Shown here: positions 23,046 to 33,085 of the stretch, piece after piece | Numbering within the stretch: the first letter of the stretch is position 1 | How the letters are laid out: every line of letters starts with the position of its first letter | Source: Escherichia coli 042 | GTDB lineage: Bacteria; Pseudomonadota; Gammaproteobacteria; Enterobacterales; Enterobacteriaceae | NCBI RefSeq assembly: GCF_000027125.1 | Contig: NC_017626.1 | Length of the DNA stretch: 64,000 nucleotides | Direction: 5' to 3' (one strand) | Notes under the pieces: model-generated | What the model was told of the DNA's origin: nothing | The model's input: only the letters and a program-made list of their open reading frames with translations | Databases searched by the model: none | Position numbers and translations under genes: made by a program

Positions 23046-23380
23046 ACATTCCCCTTCAGGCTGCAGAGTATTTCAAGCCGGGTAGCGCGTGCATCCGGTA
23101 TTGGTGGACCTTCTATACCCAGAATGGCCCCTTTAAATGCACCGGTCAGCACTTTCAGACGTGAAGTCGCTGTCACATCGCGCCGGAATCTCATCCAGAC
23201 TCTGACCGTAGCCTGAGCGGTTTCTGCTCCGCCTGAGATTATCTCCCTCCCGCTGATACCCTTAACTTCTGCCCATACGGTAGCTCCCTCCGTCACCGTC
23301 TCCACCGGATGCCCTGACGGAGAGCGGGCGGTGGTGACATTCAGAATAATTACGCGATCACGTAATCTGCCCGCCTGCAT
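23042..23380 (-). CDS. head closure / head-tail adaptor protein
   Basis: 112-aa ORF in the head-tail joining cluster. Confidence 0.55.
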   Translation of the reverse strand: MQAGRLRDRVIILNVTTARSPSGHPVETVTEGATVWAEVKGISGREIISGGAETAQATVRVWMRFRRDVTATSRLKVLTGAFKGAILGIEGPPIPDARATRLEILCSLKGNV

Positions 23381-23388
23381 GTCTCCTC

Positions 23389-23706
23389 CTACAAAGGAAT
23401 AAAACGATAAGGCTCCAGCAGAGAAGAAAAACCAAACGGGACTGGTGCCTTGCTGACATCTGAGGAATTTTCCCGGTTTTCGTACCAGTGCCCGACCAGC
23501 AACATGAGCGCCAGCAAAACATCATCAGCTATAAGCACCCCTTCAGGATCACCTTCCGGCACCGTCTCCTCATAAAGCTTACGGTTGATAAAATTTTCTG
23601 CCTTGCGGCAGGCAGCCCGGAAATACAGCATCAGTAACTCATCATCAGTTGCATCATCTGTATCAATACGGCACTGCGCCCTGAGTTTTTCCACTATTGC
23701 TGCCAT
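23389..23706 (-). CDS. gp6-like head-tail connector protein
   Basis: Start placed at MAAIVEKLRAQ...; downstream of major capsid gene; the longer six-frame ORF start is an upstream extension. Confidence 0.55.
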   Translation of the reverse strand: MAAIVEKLRAQCRIDTDDATDDELLMLYFRAACRKAENFINRKLYEETVPEGDPEGVLIADDVLLALMLLVGHWYENRENSSDVSKAPVPFGFSSLLEPYRFIPL

Positions 23707-23782
23707 CAGAAACTCCTGCCCGCAACACTGTGCGGGCATAAAAAAACCGCGTCGGCGCGGTCTGTAACTGAACAACGAGTGG

Positions 23783-25000
23783 TTATTTGCCAGTGAGCGC
23801 CTTGATGGCTGCCACATCTTCCAGCACACAGTCAAAACGATGGAAAGCCAGAAATGCCACCTGATCAAACTCAGCATAACGCTCAACCAGACGTTTCAGT
23901 TCCATATAAGTAACGCGGCGAATGATAAAGCGGTTGAAATCCCCCAGGAAAATGAATTTTTTTCCGGTACCAATCCCGTCAATAGCCTGATCAATAACAT
24001 AAGGGATCCCCAGCACAGTAGCCGGCGTACCGCCTGCAATATCCGGCAGCCATAACGGGCGTTTCTGTCCATCCTCCATCTCTTCAATAGTCTGCAATGT
24101 GGCATCATTGAATGCCCAGCGGTATTTCGGCCCACCACGATATGCCGGATCAATGGCATGTTTCAGGGCATTCATTTCTTTCCAGGTGAAAGCGGCAGAG
24201 GCTGCAGTCTGGATGATTCCCGTCACCGACGCTGCCAGCCCTTTTGGCTGTAACGGTGATCCCGTTCCGGTCCCCTGAACCAGATATTTCGCCTCTCCAC
24301 GACCAATACGCTGGGCAATACGGTTTGCCAGATAAGATTCAATATCCACCCCACTGTCCTGGAGCAGCTCATTGGACACACGAATTATTTTTGATGACAG
24401 CTTTTTAGCCCCCAGAATAGCGGTCCCGAACGTCACATCCTGTTCCGTTGCGGCTGTATTTTCCGCCAGCAGTTCGCCCTCTTCAGTCGTGCCATCAGAC
24501 GTTGACCAGGTGATATCCTGCCCGGTTGATGTGGTCAGAAGTTGCGCAACACTGGCAATCCCGCCATAAGCCTTCATGGTGTCAATGATTTTGTTACGCA
24601 TCTGCGTGGGCACCGTATATCCGCCCTGAGAATCCGTTGTTACACTCTGAGCCCGCAGTTCACGCATCAGATTACGCTCTTCAGCATTCAGTTCTGCAAA
24701 TCCGGCACGCAGAAAACGGTTAAATGCCGCAGCGCGCTTCTCTTCCACCGCCTTTTTCCCGTTCTCCGCCTCATTATTCTGGCGCTCTTCCGGCCCGGAC
24801 TCATCCACATATGCCTGATCCTGACGGCGCAACTCTTCTTCACGGGCGATTTGCTCATCCAGCGCATCCAGCTCAGCTTTCGCCCTGTTCCACTCTGCCC
24901 GTTGCTCATCAGTCCATGCGTTATCACCAATTTTTTCATGCAGTGCACGCATATCCTTTGCAATGGTGTTTCGTTTTTGCTTCATCTCATGAAGTTTCAT
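23783..25000 (-). CDS. major capsid protein, HK97 family
   Basis: 405-aa ORF with N-terminal coiled-coil delta-like region. Confidence 0.85.
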   Translation of the reverse strand: MKLHEMKQKRNTIAKDMRALHEKIGDNAWTDEQRAEWNRAKAELDALDEQIAREEELRRQDQAYVDESGPEERQNNEAENGKKAVEEKRAAAFNRFLRAGFAELNAEERNLMRELRAQSVTTDSQGGYTVPTQMRNKIIDTMKAYGGIASVAQLLTTSTGQDITWSTSDGTTEEGELLAENTAATEQDVTFGTAILGAKKLSSKIIRVSNELLQDSGVDIESYLANRIAQRIGRGEAKYLVQGTGTGSPLQPKGLAASVTGIIQTAASAAFTWKEMNALKHAIDPAYRGGPKYRWAFNDATLQTIEEMEDGQKRPLWLPDIAGGTPATVLGIPYVIDQAIDGIGTGKKFIFLGDFNRFIIRRVTYMELKRLVERYAEFDQVAFLAFHRFDCVLEDVAAIKALTGK

Positions 25001-25014
25001 CGTCAGTAGTATCC

Positions 25015-25614
25015 TTATGCATTAAGAAGGGTCAAAAGACGCTCACGCGCCATTCGTTCGTTAACAGCTTTCTTCAGCGCACCACTCGCCCGCGCTTCCT
25101 GCCAGGCTTTCATTGAGCGGACACCAGAGTCTGCGTCCTGATAGGCCGGATATGTCACCGGGCTGACGTCATACAGACGAGAAATGCGCGTGATTTCCCG
25201 GATAACAATCCCCTCGTCGTCTTCATACCAGCTCTCTCCATCACGAGCGACGCGAAACGCGAACGAGGACTGATTAATGTCACCACGCAACATTGGTGAC
25301 AGCACCAGGTCACAAATCGTCGGCGTATCCGGTGCAACAATGTCGTAACGCAAACCACGTTCATCCACTGATAATGACAACGTGCCGGCAGAACTTCGTC
25401 CGAGAATGAAATTAGGATCATGATTAAACAATCCACGTACATCATCATTCAGCACGTCGTCAAAAGCCCCCGGCTTGATGATTTCACGAAATCCCCACAG
25501 AGGTTCTGAACGACTGTTAAATACCGAGCCATACCCCAAAATATGAGTCGGGGCATTATCATATTGTTCTGCCCGCACTTCCCCGCTGTAACAGCGCGTT
25601 TCACGGTCATTCAT
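25015..25614 (-). CDS. prohead maturation protease (HK97 S78 family)
   Basis: Between portal and capsid genes; start set at MNDRETR... so it does not overlap the portal gene. Confidence 0.8.
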   Translation of the reverse strand: MNDRETRCYSGEVRAEQYDNAPTHILGYGSVFNSRSEPLWGFREIIKPGAFDDVLNDDVRGLFNHDPNFILGRSSAGTLSLSVDERGLRYDIVAPDTPTICDLVLSPMLRGDINQSSFAFRVARDGESWYEDDEGIVIREITRISRLYDVSPVTYPAYQDADSGVRSMKAWQEARASGALKKAVNERMARERLLTLLNA

Positions 25615-26833
25615 CGTTCTTTTCCTCTTTGCCTTTCGTATCTTTAAAATCATTCAACGGATTTGCTGCATTTACGCTGACCAGCATTTCATCCAGACCA
25701 TCAACCGGGTTCATGTCCTCAAATGCCCTCGCTTCATTCCGGCTCATCCAGCCATCTGTAATGGCAAAGTGATAAAACTGCGCACGCTCCTGTGGAGTCC
25801 CGCGGAGCAATCCTGTAAGGTTGAAACGAACGTAATACCCGGCAGCCCGTTCTGTGCGGGTAAACAGGCGACGGTTAAGCTCCTGCTCCCAGTTCGCAAC
25901 CCAGGGCATCATCGTGTAGCGAACAAACTGAATCGCCTGCTGTGTAATATTCGAAAATGTGGCTTTTTCCAGGTCATTAATCATGTGCGCCGGGACATTA
26001 AAAATTCCGGCAATCATCGACCGGTTCAGCTTGGTCATATCAATGATCTGAGCATCCACCGGAGAAACTGTCAGGGCACGGTAATCCAGTTGCGCAGGCA
26101 GCAGCATGGTTTTATTTTCCTGACTGCGAAGCTCTGTCACCGCCCGCTGCCACATATTCTTGAGCCTGCTCCAACTCTGTTCGTTCAGTTCATTTTTCAC
26201 AGAAATAATCCCGGCAGGACGGGCATTACCGTTAAAAAAAGCACTGGTATACTGCTGACCACTCATTCCCATACCAATGGTTTCAGCATGCTGCATGATC
26301 GGACTCAGTCCCATTTTCTGATTGTTTCCCAGCGCCCTGATATGGATCATGTCGTCCGGACTTACCGCAAATGCACCCTCTTCGTTATACACACCGTAGG
26401 TATGACGCCCTCCAGTGTTAAGTAACGTGGTTTCCCATGGCATACAGCATTCAAGACTGGTAACCTCGCCACGACGATTACGTTTCACCCACGTATAACC
26501 ATTGCCCCACCCCAGCACATGACGCTGCTTCAGTTCCCGCCACTTATAGCTGGTCTGCCAGGCATTCGGTTCATCATGAACGAGCCAGAACAACGGGTGA
26601 TCGCGTGCCGGCTGAACATGCTCATTCGTTTTTCGCATCACATGCAGGGGCATCTGAGCCACACTGGATGAAATAACATAAATACAGGCATAGACAGCAG
26701 CCAGCCTCATGGACGTTTCCGGACTGACATACACATCCCGGGCAAAAATATTATCCGTCTCAGCGGCCTCTCCGGTTACCGGAACCGAGGGATTTTCCAG
26801 AGGCTCACTGCGAAACAGAGCATCAAGAAGCAT
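25607..26833 (-). CDS. portal protein, HK97 family
   Basis: 408-aa ORF between terL fragment and protease. Confidence 0.85.
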   Translation of the reverse strand: MLLDALFRSEPLENPSVPVTGEAAETDNIFARDVYVSPETSMRLAAVYACIYVISSSVAQMPLHVMRKTNEHVQPARDHPLFWLVHDEPNAWQTSYKWRELKQRHVLGWGNGYTWVKRNRRGEVTSLECCMPWETTLLNTGGRHTYGVYNEEGAFAVSPDDMIHIRALGNNQKMGLSPIMQHAETIGMGMSGQQYTSAFFNGNARPAGIISVKNELNEQSWSRLKNMWQRAVTELRSQENKTMLLPAQLDYRALTVSPVDAQIIDMTKLNRSMIAGIFNVPAHMINDLEKATFSNITQQAIQFVRYTMMPWVANWEQELNRRLFTRTERAAGYYVRFNLTGLLRGTPQERAQFYHFAITDGWMSRNEARAFEDMNPVDGLDEMLVSVNAANPLNDFKDTKGKEEKNDE

Positions 26834-26963
26834 GTTTTCTCCTCATGGACACCACCAGTGCATAAAGCAGCAACAAACAGCCAGACAGCATCAGAGACGC
26901 TGGCAGACCTGCATACAGATAAACGCCAGCAGTGAGCAGACCGAAACCGATCAGCCCGGTCAT
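26820..26963 (-). CDS. possible small membrane protein between terL and portal
   Basis: 47-codon ATG ORF (MTGLIGFGLLTAGVYLYAGLP...) overlapping portal start; weak Shine-Dalgarno. Confidence 0.3.
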
Positions 26964-26980
26964 ATCAGTAATAAGCTGTT

Positions 26981-27706
26981 TCACAGAATTAACAGGTCCT
27001 CATCAGGATCAAGCGTGGACAGAAAGTCATTCACGCCCCCGCCATTTACCAGAAAGCGGCTCATGGCTGTAAAAAGCGCAACAGGGCCGTCGATTTTGGC
27101 TTCCGGCGTGGATTTATTCGGGAAGATGTTGTCGTTTTTGTCCGGTTTTACAGTAACGTTAGACATCATCCAGTTCATGACCGGATGATTGCTGTGATGG
27201 AAACGCCCGGCATAAACCAGTGATTCCGTTTCCTTCATGGCCTCTGACAGATTGCGGACCGTCTGCGGAACCTCCACCAGCGGTATCCCTTCTTCAGCCA
27301 GTGCCAGACTGAACTGCATTGCGCTCCACGGGTCAAATCCCAGTTCCCTGAGGTTTTCACCGCCAATCCATTCCAGTAAGTCACTTTTTATCTGAGCATG
27401 ATCGATAACATCACCATCCGTCAGGATGAGCTTATCCATCTCCGCCCACTTCCGGTAAAGTTCTGCCTGCTGCCGCGAGCATCGTTCCAGCCGTCCTTCC
27501 GGAAGCCAGAATTTAAAATCAGCATGAACATGTCCGTTATCGGTTCGCCAGAGTTTTGCCGCCGCACAGATATCAATCTTATGAGCAAGGTCGACGCCGA
27601 CCCACATGGGATATGTTTTCAGCTCATGTTGTGGAGCAATGTATTCGCACTTCTCCCACTTAATCATATCCATCCAGGCAGATTCGGCAGTGACCCACAC
27701 ATTCAT
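26981..27706 (-). pseudogene. terminase large subunit, C-terminal fragment (gene interrupted by satellite insertion)
   Basis: 241-aa ORF is TerL nuclease-domain region; its first codons continue the reading frame of the N-terminal fragment at 42956-43983 across the insertion. Confidence 0.8.
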
Positions 27707-27710
27707 GTGT

Positions 27711-27717
27711 TTGGTAA
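27711..27717. repeat. left copy of 7-bp direct repeat TTGGTAA (att core) at satellite-prophage junction
   Basis: Identical heptamer at both junctions; joining the flanks restores a continuous terL frame (...VNFFTKHMNVWV...). Confidence 0.7.
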
Positions 27718-27792
27718 GAATATTTCAAGTTTTTTAAAATTGACTGTATATCAATCGTTTAACATGAAAAAACAGTCTTTATAAATCATCGA

Positions 27793-27813
27793 GCAATACA
27801 CAGCGCAATACAC
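27793..27813. repeat. tandem GCAATACAC repeats (putative integrase arm-type sites), left end
   Basis: Two copies here and two at 42804-42824. Confidence 0.5.
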
Positions 27814-27997
27814 GTATCTGTATTGTTTTAATGCTGATACACACCGTTTTTTGATACAGTGATTCGACCTACCATCGCGAAGCATTTTTTATTTCTTGTG
27901 TGTAACAATCTGACGAGGTGAGCACTCAAAGAGATAAGAGGCAGTAGAAATTTCGATCCCCCCTGAATGCAATTTTTCGTATATATATACAAAACAG

Positions 27998-28153
27998 TGC
28001 GGGTTATGCGGGTTAGCGGGTTATCTTCGCGTGCTAATTATCTTTTACTCTTTAATATCAATATGTTAAAAAACAACGCATTTAAATATCAGCCAGAATG
28101 TAACCCGCAAGACATTCAAAATAACCCGCAAACACCCCTCAAATAACCCGCAA
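27998..28153. repeat. iteron-like cluster: 3 direct and 3 inverted copies of TGCGGGTTAT
   Basis: Repeats read directly; same motif recurs at 36165-36291 next to the primase gene. Confidence 0.7.
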
Positions 28154-28232
28154 AAACATCCCTGAAAGTAGGTGCCGGTAATACTGAAAATTTATTCCAT
28201 TAAATGAGCATTGTCCTCTCTCATCCATTCCG

Positions 28233-29894
28233 TTACACACCATCAAACGCCGCAAGCCGCTCTTTGTGGCTGTCGCTCATATCGAATGCAAATTCCTCAT
28301 GCTCTGCCTGGAATGTGCCAAACGCCATCAGCGCCGCAACGCTCGGGTCTATCTTGTTGGATGATTTTTTCTTGTTCGGCTTGATATTGGCGTTCGCGTC
28401 ACTCTGCATCACAACATTACTCATTGACCAGGCCAGCACCGGATCACCACGATGCACAATCACCTTCCGGTTAACAAAAACTTCGAACGATTTCGCCGCC
28501 GGACTGAAACGAAGGTATGTTTGCGGGAACGGCTCCACCTCAAATCCTGCGCCCTGTAGCTGCGTCCTCAGGTGCGTGGCGTTCCATGTATCGAAGCCCA
28601 CCAGCCTGATATTGAAATTTTCTGCATCTGCCATGATGTCATCACGGATACGGTCATAATCAATGCAGTCACCCGGTGTTGTGCGTATCCAGCCCGCCTT
28701 TACCCACTGGCGATAGATGGCGCGGTTTTTATTGGCGGGGTTCTGTAGCTGAAATTCCGGCAGATAGTGACGGGAAACCAGCATAATCTTTTTACCGACC
28801 GGAAAGGCATAGCACACGCTGGAAATATCGCTGGTTGATGATAAGTCCAGCCCCGCGTAGCACTCCTGCCCGTATAAATCCGCCTCCGCGAACGTTCCGG
28901 CGCACTCCGCCCATGCACCGTTACCCATCCACGGCGTAGCCCCCTGACACCAGATATTGAATCGCTTGGTGAGCATTTCCACCCACTGCGACGGAATACC
29001 CCGCGCTTTCTGGATGGTTGAGGCCAGTTTTTCACGATCGACGGAAACATCGATATTGGGATTCGCCTTTATCCACATCGCCGGATCGTCAACCTCGCTT
29101 TCATCATCCAGCTCGTAAATCAGCACGAACATGGATTCGTTCACCTCTTCACCATCCAGTATCTGGCAGCAATAGTCGTAGTGTTGTTTACAGGCTGAAA
29201 CAACGTTGCTCCCCGATGTGGTGATGGCAAATAATAACCCCTCCGGACGCGCCCCCATTCCCAGTTCAAGCGCGGAATAAACCCCGTTGTCAGGGTGCAG
29301 GTGATATTCATCCACAATGGCAAGACTCGGGTTTGTACCTTCAATGGTTGCCGCTTTTGCTGCCAGTGGTTTTAACAGGCTGTTGGTTTTCGGGTGTATC
29401 ACCTTGTGTGCCTGAATATTTACCCGCTTTCGTAACGGTCGGGATAAAAGGCACATCTGACGCGCATCATCAAACACGATCCGCGCCTGATCACGACTCA
29501 CGGCGGCGGTGTAAATATCCTGCTGCCCGTTTTCCATAACCAGAAACCAGTTAGCCAGGATAGCGGCGACCGTGGATTTGGCATTTTTTCGCGGTACTTC
29601 AATGAATGCGCTGGTGTATTTGCGCCGCCCGGTGGCCTTAACCTTAAAGCCCAGGATGCACGCAAAGGCGAACTGCTGCCACGGCTCCAGCTCAATGGGG
29701 CTACCGCGCATTGCGCCTTTTACGTGCGGGCACACCCTGGAAAAGGCAATAAACCGCTCCACGACCTCCGGATCGAACGTGTAAAGGGGGTTTTCAAGGT
29801 CAGAAAAATACCGTTTAACGGCCTGTTTCAGTCGTTTACAGGCCGTAATTTTGCCGTTTTTTACGCCTTCTGCGTACTCATGCCAGGCGGTCAA
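28233..29894 (-). CDS. terminase large subunit (satellite-encoded)
   Basis: 553-aa complete ORF; same family as but divergent from the split prophage TerL. Confidence 0.85.
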   Translation of the reverse strand: MTAWHEYAEGVKNGKITACKRLKQAVKRYFSDLENPLYTFDPEVVERFIAFSRVCPHVKGAMRGSPIELEPWQQFAFACILGFKVKATGRRKYTSAFIEVPRKNAKSTVAAILANWFLVMENGQQDIYTAAVSRDQARIVFDDARQMCLLSRPLRKRVNIQAHKVIHPKTNSLLKPLAAKAATIEGTNPSLAIVDEYHLHPDNGVYSALELGMGARPEGLLFAITTSGSNVVSACKQHYDYCCQILDGEEVNESMFVLIYELDDESEVDDPAMWIKANPNIDVSVDREKLASTIQKARGIPSQWVEMLTKRFNIWCQGATPWMGNGAWAECAGTFAEADLYGQECYAGLDLSSTSDISSVCYAFPVGKKIMLVSRHYLPEFQLQNPANKNRAIYRQWVKAGWIRTTPGDCIDYDRIRDDIMADAENFNIRLVGFDTWNATHLRTQLQGAGFEVEPFPQTYLRFSPAAKSFEVFVNRKVIVHRGDPVLAWSMSNVVMQSDANANIKPNKKKSSNKIDPSVAALMAFGTFQAEHEEFAFDMSDSHKERLAAFDGV

Positions 29895-30234
29895 GCTCGT
29901 CCTCTTCCTCTGTTTCCGGTGGATTTCTGCGGCGGCTTACCGGGTCAAAACCCAGCAAAGAAGCCATTTTGATCATTATTCTTTCTGCGTCAGCCTTTGC
30001 GCTCAGGGCGGGGTTTCTGCTCTCACTGCCCTGACTGTTAACAATGCTGAATCCGCGCGTCGCAAGGTCTTCGACGGCTTTGCGGTATATGGAGTAGTTA
30101 ACGCAATACAGCTCCAGATTGCTCCAGTCGGCGGGGGTAAGGTCTTCCCGCCCGGAAAGCTGGCGCGATTTTTCCTTCCACTGCCTGACCGCGATTTCAT
30201 CCAGGTAAGCGGGGGCTTTTGGTGGTCTTGCCAT
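29878..30234 (-). CDS. terminase small subunit, P27 family (satellite)
   Basis: Start set at MARPPKAPAYL...; directly upstream of terL; the longer six-frame ORF start is an upstream extension. Confidence 0.75.
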   Translation of the reverse strand: MARPPKAPAYLDEIAVRQWKEKSRQLSGREDLTPADWSNLELYCVNYSIYRKAVEDLATRGFSIVNSQGSESRNPALSAKADAERIMIKMASLLGFDPVSRRRNPPETEEEDELDRLA

Positions 30235-30522
30235 GTTCTTTTTTCGCCCAATTATTTTCAAAAAAATTCCCGTGCACAAAAATTTGAGGAGGCGGTCGGT
30301 GTCCGGCAGGGACGGTTTCGTCCTGAAAACCTCCCCCACCCCCTCTGACAGCCTCACCAGCGATTGCGAAAACATTCCATGACCTCGCGGTCACGGTCGG
30401 TTAATCGCTTCGGTGTGGTGCGTTCTGTGCGCCCTGTCCTGTTGACTTTGTGCCCTGTCTCCTGTGTCTTCCATAAGTCACGCTGCCTTATCAGTCCACG
30501 TATCAGCCTGTTTTGCTCCTGT

Positions 30523-30963
30523 TCAGTCATCATCGCCATACATCCAGTCGTTACGATGTGCCGCCCGTTCTTCCTGCTCGCGATACATGCCCGCCTTACG
30601 GTTCGCTTTCGTGGCTGGATCTTCCCGTGTCGTCTTACGGTTGTGGCACGTCTGGCACAATGCCTGGTGGTTCCACTCAGGCCAGAAGAGAACATCACCG
30701 CCGCCATTGATGGGAATGATGTGATCCACCACAAGAGCTGGCGTATAAATCCCCTTAGCCAGACAACGCACGCATAACGGGTTTTTGCTCAGGTACAGGG
30801 CGCGGTATTTGTCCCACTGCCGGGAATACCCACGCGCGCGGCGGTGCCCCCGTCTGGCATCCTCTGCACGCCATGCAGCCCGCCTGTGCTCTTCACACTT
30901 GCCGGACTTCACGCGCTTATTACAGCCCGGCTCAGTGCATCGCCTTAATGGTTGCCACGGCAT
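30523..30963 (-). CDS. HNH endonuclease (packaging-associated)
   Basis: 146-aa ORF with Cys/His HNH motifs, upstream of terS. Confidence 0.8.
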   Translation of the reverse strand: MPWQPLRRCTEPGCNKRVKSGKCEEHRRAAWRAEDARRGHRRARGYSRQWDKYRALYLSKNPLCVRCLAKGIYTPALVVDHIIPINGGGDVLFWPEWNHQALCQTCHNRKTTREDPATKANRKAGMYREQEERAAHRNDWMYGDDD

Positions 30964-31262
30964 CAGTACACCCCCACATCACGATAAACCGACCAGAGCG
31001 CAGAAATAGCCATAGGCAGTTCAGACTGTTCCACAGGTGAAACCGCTTCCCTGTTCTCGTACAGGAAAGCGATGTACATCAGGCAACCAACACGTATTGC
31101 CGGGGTAAATTCCAGCCCGTCTTCAAAACGTTTCCCGATATGCTTCTGGCAGGCTTCCAGCGCCGCATCGGTATACATTTTCAGAAGTTCGCCTTCTCCG
31201 GAAAAGTCATCAAGGCGAAGATGTGCCCTGACTTCATCAGGTGTAATTTTGTCTTCACTCAT
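30963..31262 (-). CDS. head-tail connector (gp6-like) protein (satellite)
   Basis: Start set at MSEDKITPDEVR... to limit overlap with the portal gene. Confidence 0.55.
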   Translation of the reverse strand: MSEDKITPDEVRAHLRLDDFSGEGELLKMYTDAALEACQKHIGKRFEDGLEFTPAIRVGCLMYIAFLYENREAVSPVEQSELPMAISALWSVYRDVGVY

Positions 31263-32469
31263 CTTTTTCACCTTTAATTTCCACAGTCTGCTTCCATGCC
31301 TGGCTGAACTCGTCGCCACCTTCACGCGGCGGCATTCCCTCACGCTCACGGGCTTCGTTCGGATTCATGATCCCGTTCTTAATCCCTTTCTCATACGTGG
31401 CGTAACGTTCGGTAGGGGTGGCGCGCAGTAAATCGGCTGAATCAAACTCAACCAGATAACGGGTACCAGGTACGGGAGAAGCCACCAGCAAAGCGGCCTT
31501 GATTTGCTGTTCGAAGTTCGCCAGCCACGGACGCATTGTCATAGTCAGAAACGCGCGGCTTGCCTCACTGAAATTGCTGTAGGTGCTGTTGCTGTATTCC
31601 TGAAGAAAAATCGGCGACACGTTGAACATACGGGCAATGTCTTCAATGGAGAAGCGACGGGAGGCCAGCCATTCAGCATCCTGGTTACTCATTCCCAGTT
31701 GCTTGTAATCCATGCCCCCTTCAAGGATTGGCGTTTTTCCGGCATTTTTCGCCCCCTTGTAGCGTTCCAGTGCGTCTAATGCCTGTTTACCTTTCACGCC
31801 GTCCAGCCATTCGCCTGACGTGATAATCCCTGCCGCCATCATGCCATCTTTCATAATGCTGGCTCCGTGGCGCTGTTGAGCAAGGCCAAGCCCCAGCGCC
31901 TCACGGCAAATCGTGACAGGGGAGCGCCCCAGAAAGCCATCATCCGAGGCATAGCGGAGATGCAGAACTTCTTCCTGTAAATACGTGCGCACCGTTCCTG
32001 TACAGGGTTCGGTGATGGTATAGCGGTATTTGTGTGCGCCTGTGCGTTCCGGTACAACACACCCCGGCGCATAAGGATGAAGTGATTTTGGCTGCCCGTC
32101 CTGCCCCCACTCAATAACCGCATAGGCGTTACCGTTCAGCAGACAGTGACGCATCATTGTGCGTTTAAACTGGTAAGGTGTCTGGCACGAATTAGGCTGC
32201 TCATTCAGCAGAATATCTACCGGATGACTGTCCAGCCATTCCCGCGCCTCCCTGCCCTTGTCATTACGTACCAGATACAGATAACACGGCATCGTGGCCA
32301 CCGCCTCAGCGATGACAGAAACCGCGTTCATCACAGCAGGCAATGATTCAGCCGTCCCGGCAGAAACATATTCTCCGGATCCGGTATTCGGTACGCCGGA
32401 CAGCGCCAGAAAATCATCAATGGACAGGTTACGTTGCTCGCTTTTTTTACGACTAAAAGGCCACCACAT
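31255..32469 (-). CDS. portal protein, HK97 family (satellite)
   Basis: Start set at internal Met (MWWPFSRKK...) just after the protease stop. Confidence 0.8.
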   Translation of the reverse strand: MWWPFSRKKSEQRNLSIDDFLALSGVPNTGSGEYVSAGTAESLPAVMNAVSVIAEAVATMPCYLYLVRNDKGREAREWLDSHPVDILLNEQPNSCQTPYQFKRTMMRHCLLNGNAYAVIEWGQDGQPKSLHPYAPGCVVPERTGAHKYRYTITEPCTGTVRTYLQEEVLHLRYASDDGFLGRSPVTICREALGLGLAQQRHGASIMKDGMMAAGIITSGEWLDGVKGKQALDALERYKGAKNAGKTPILEGGMDYKQLGMSNQDAEWLASRRFSIEDIARMFNVSPIFLQEYSNSTYSNFSEASRAFLTMTMRPWLANFEQQIKAALLVASPVPGTRYLVEFDSADLLRATPTERYATYEKGIKNGIMNPNEAREREGMPPREGGDEFSQAWKQTVEIKGEKDE

Positions 32470-32470
32470 A

Positions 32471-33031
32471 TCACAACCCCGCCAGTTCAGCCCAGCGATG
32501 ACGATTATTTCCTGCCGGGCGTAATTCAGGGTGCTGTGCAAACAACGAACGGTGGGCAATCTCCACGCCAGATTCTGGATAAGCAGGCATCGACGTTATT
32601 GTGATTTCTCGGAGTTCAGCGGCGGTTACGGTACGCAAATACGGTTTTTGCGCGATATTCCATTCTTCGCATAATGCGCGAAAGCCAAAGCTCATTCCTG
32701 TAATGTCGCCACGCGACACCAGCGTGAGCACATCTTTTCCAAGCTGGGTATCAGGCGGTGTCAGTTCAAAACGTAGCCCGGTGTTGTCCCCAGTCAGTAC
32801 CAGAGTGCCGGATTTGGTGCGCCCCAGCAGTTGGGTATAGTCATGCTCATACAGGCAGCGCACATCATTACCCGCCGCCAGATAGTCAGCAAAAGCCCCC
32901 GGCGTGAACTGTTCGCGGAATTCGTCCCAGATAATTTCTGAAAGGCTGTTCCAGCGAACGGCATACCCCACCAGCTTTTTATTGCTGGCGGTCAGTTCAG
33001 ATGTGCGGATTTCAAAATCGGTGTTTTTCAT
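32471..33031 (-). CDS. prohead protease, HK97 S78 family (satellite)
   Basis: 186-aa ORF with conserved protease motifs. Confidence 0.8.
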   Translation of the reverse strand: MKNTDFEIRTSELTASNKKLVGYAVRWNSLSEIIWDEFREQFTPGAFADYLAAGNDVRCLYEHDYTQLLGRTKSGTLVLTGDNTGLRFELTPPDTQLGKDVLTLVSRGDITGMSFGFRALCEEWNIAQKPYLRTVTAAELREITITSMPAYPESGVEIAHRSLFAQHPELRPAGNNRHRWAELAGL

Positions 33032-33085
33032 CGGTGTACTCCATAAAGCTGAAAAAGGAGGCCGCAGCCTCCTCCTTACTCATGA

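Noticed and set aside
28233-29894. Second terL read as an assembly duplication of the prophage terL
   Set aside because: The two TerL proteins are clearly divergent in sequence, and the second lies inside an element with its own integrase and direct-repeat-bounded ends, so it is a genuine second packaging module.
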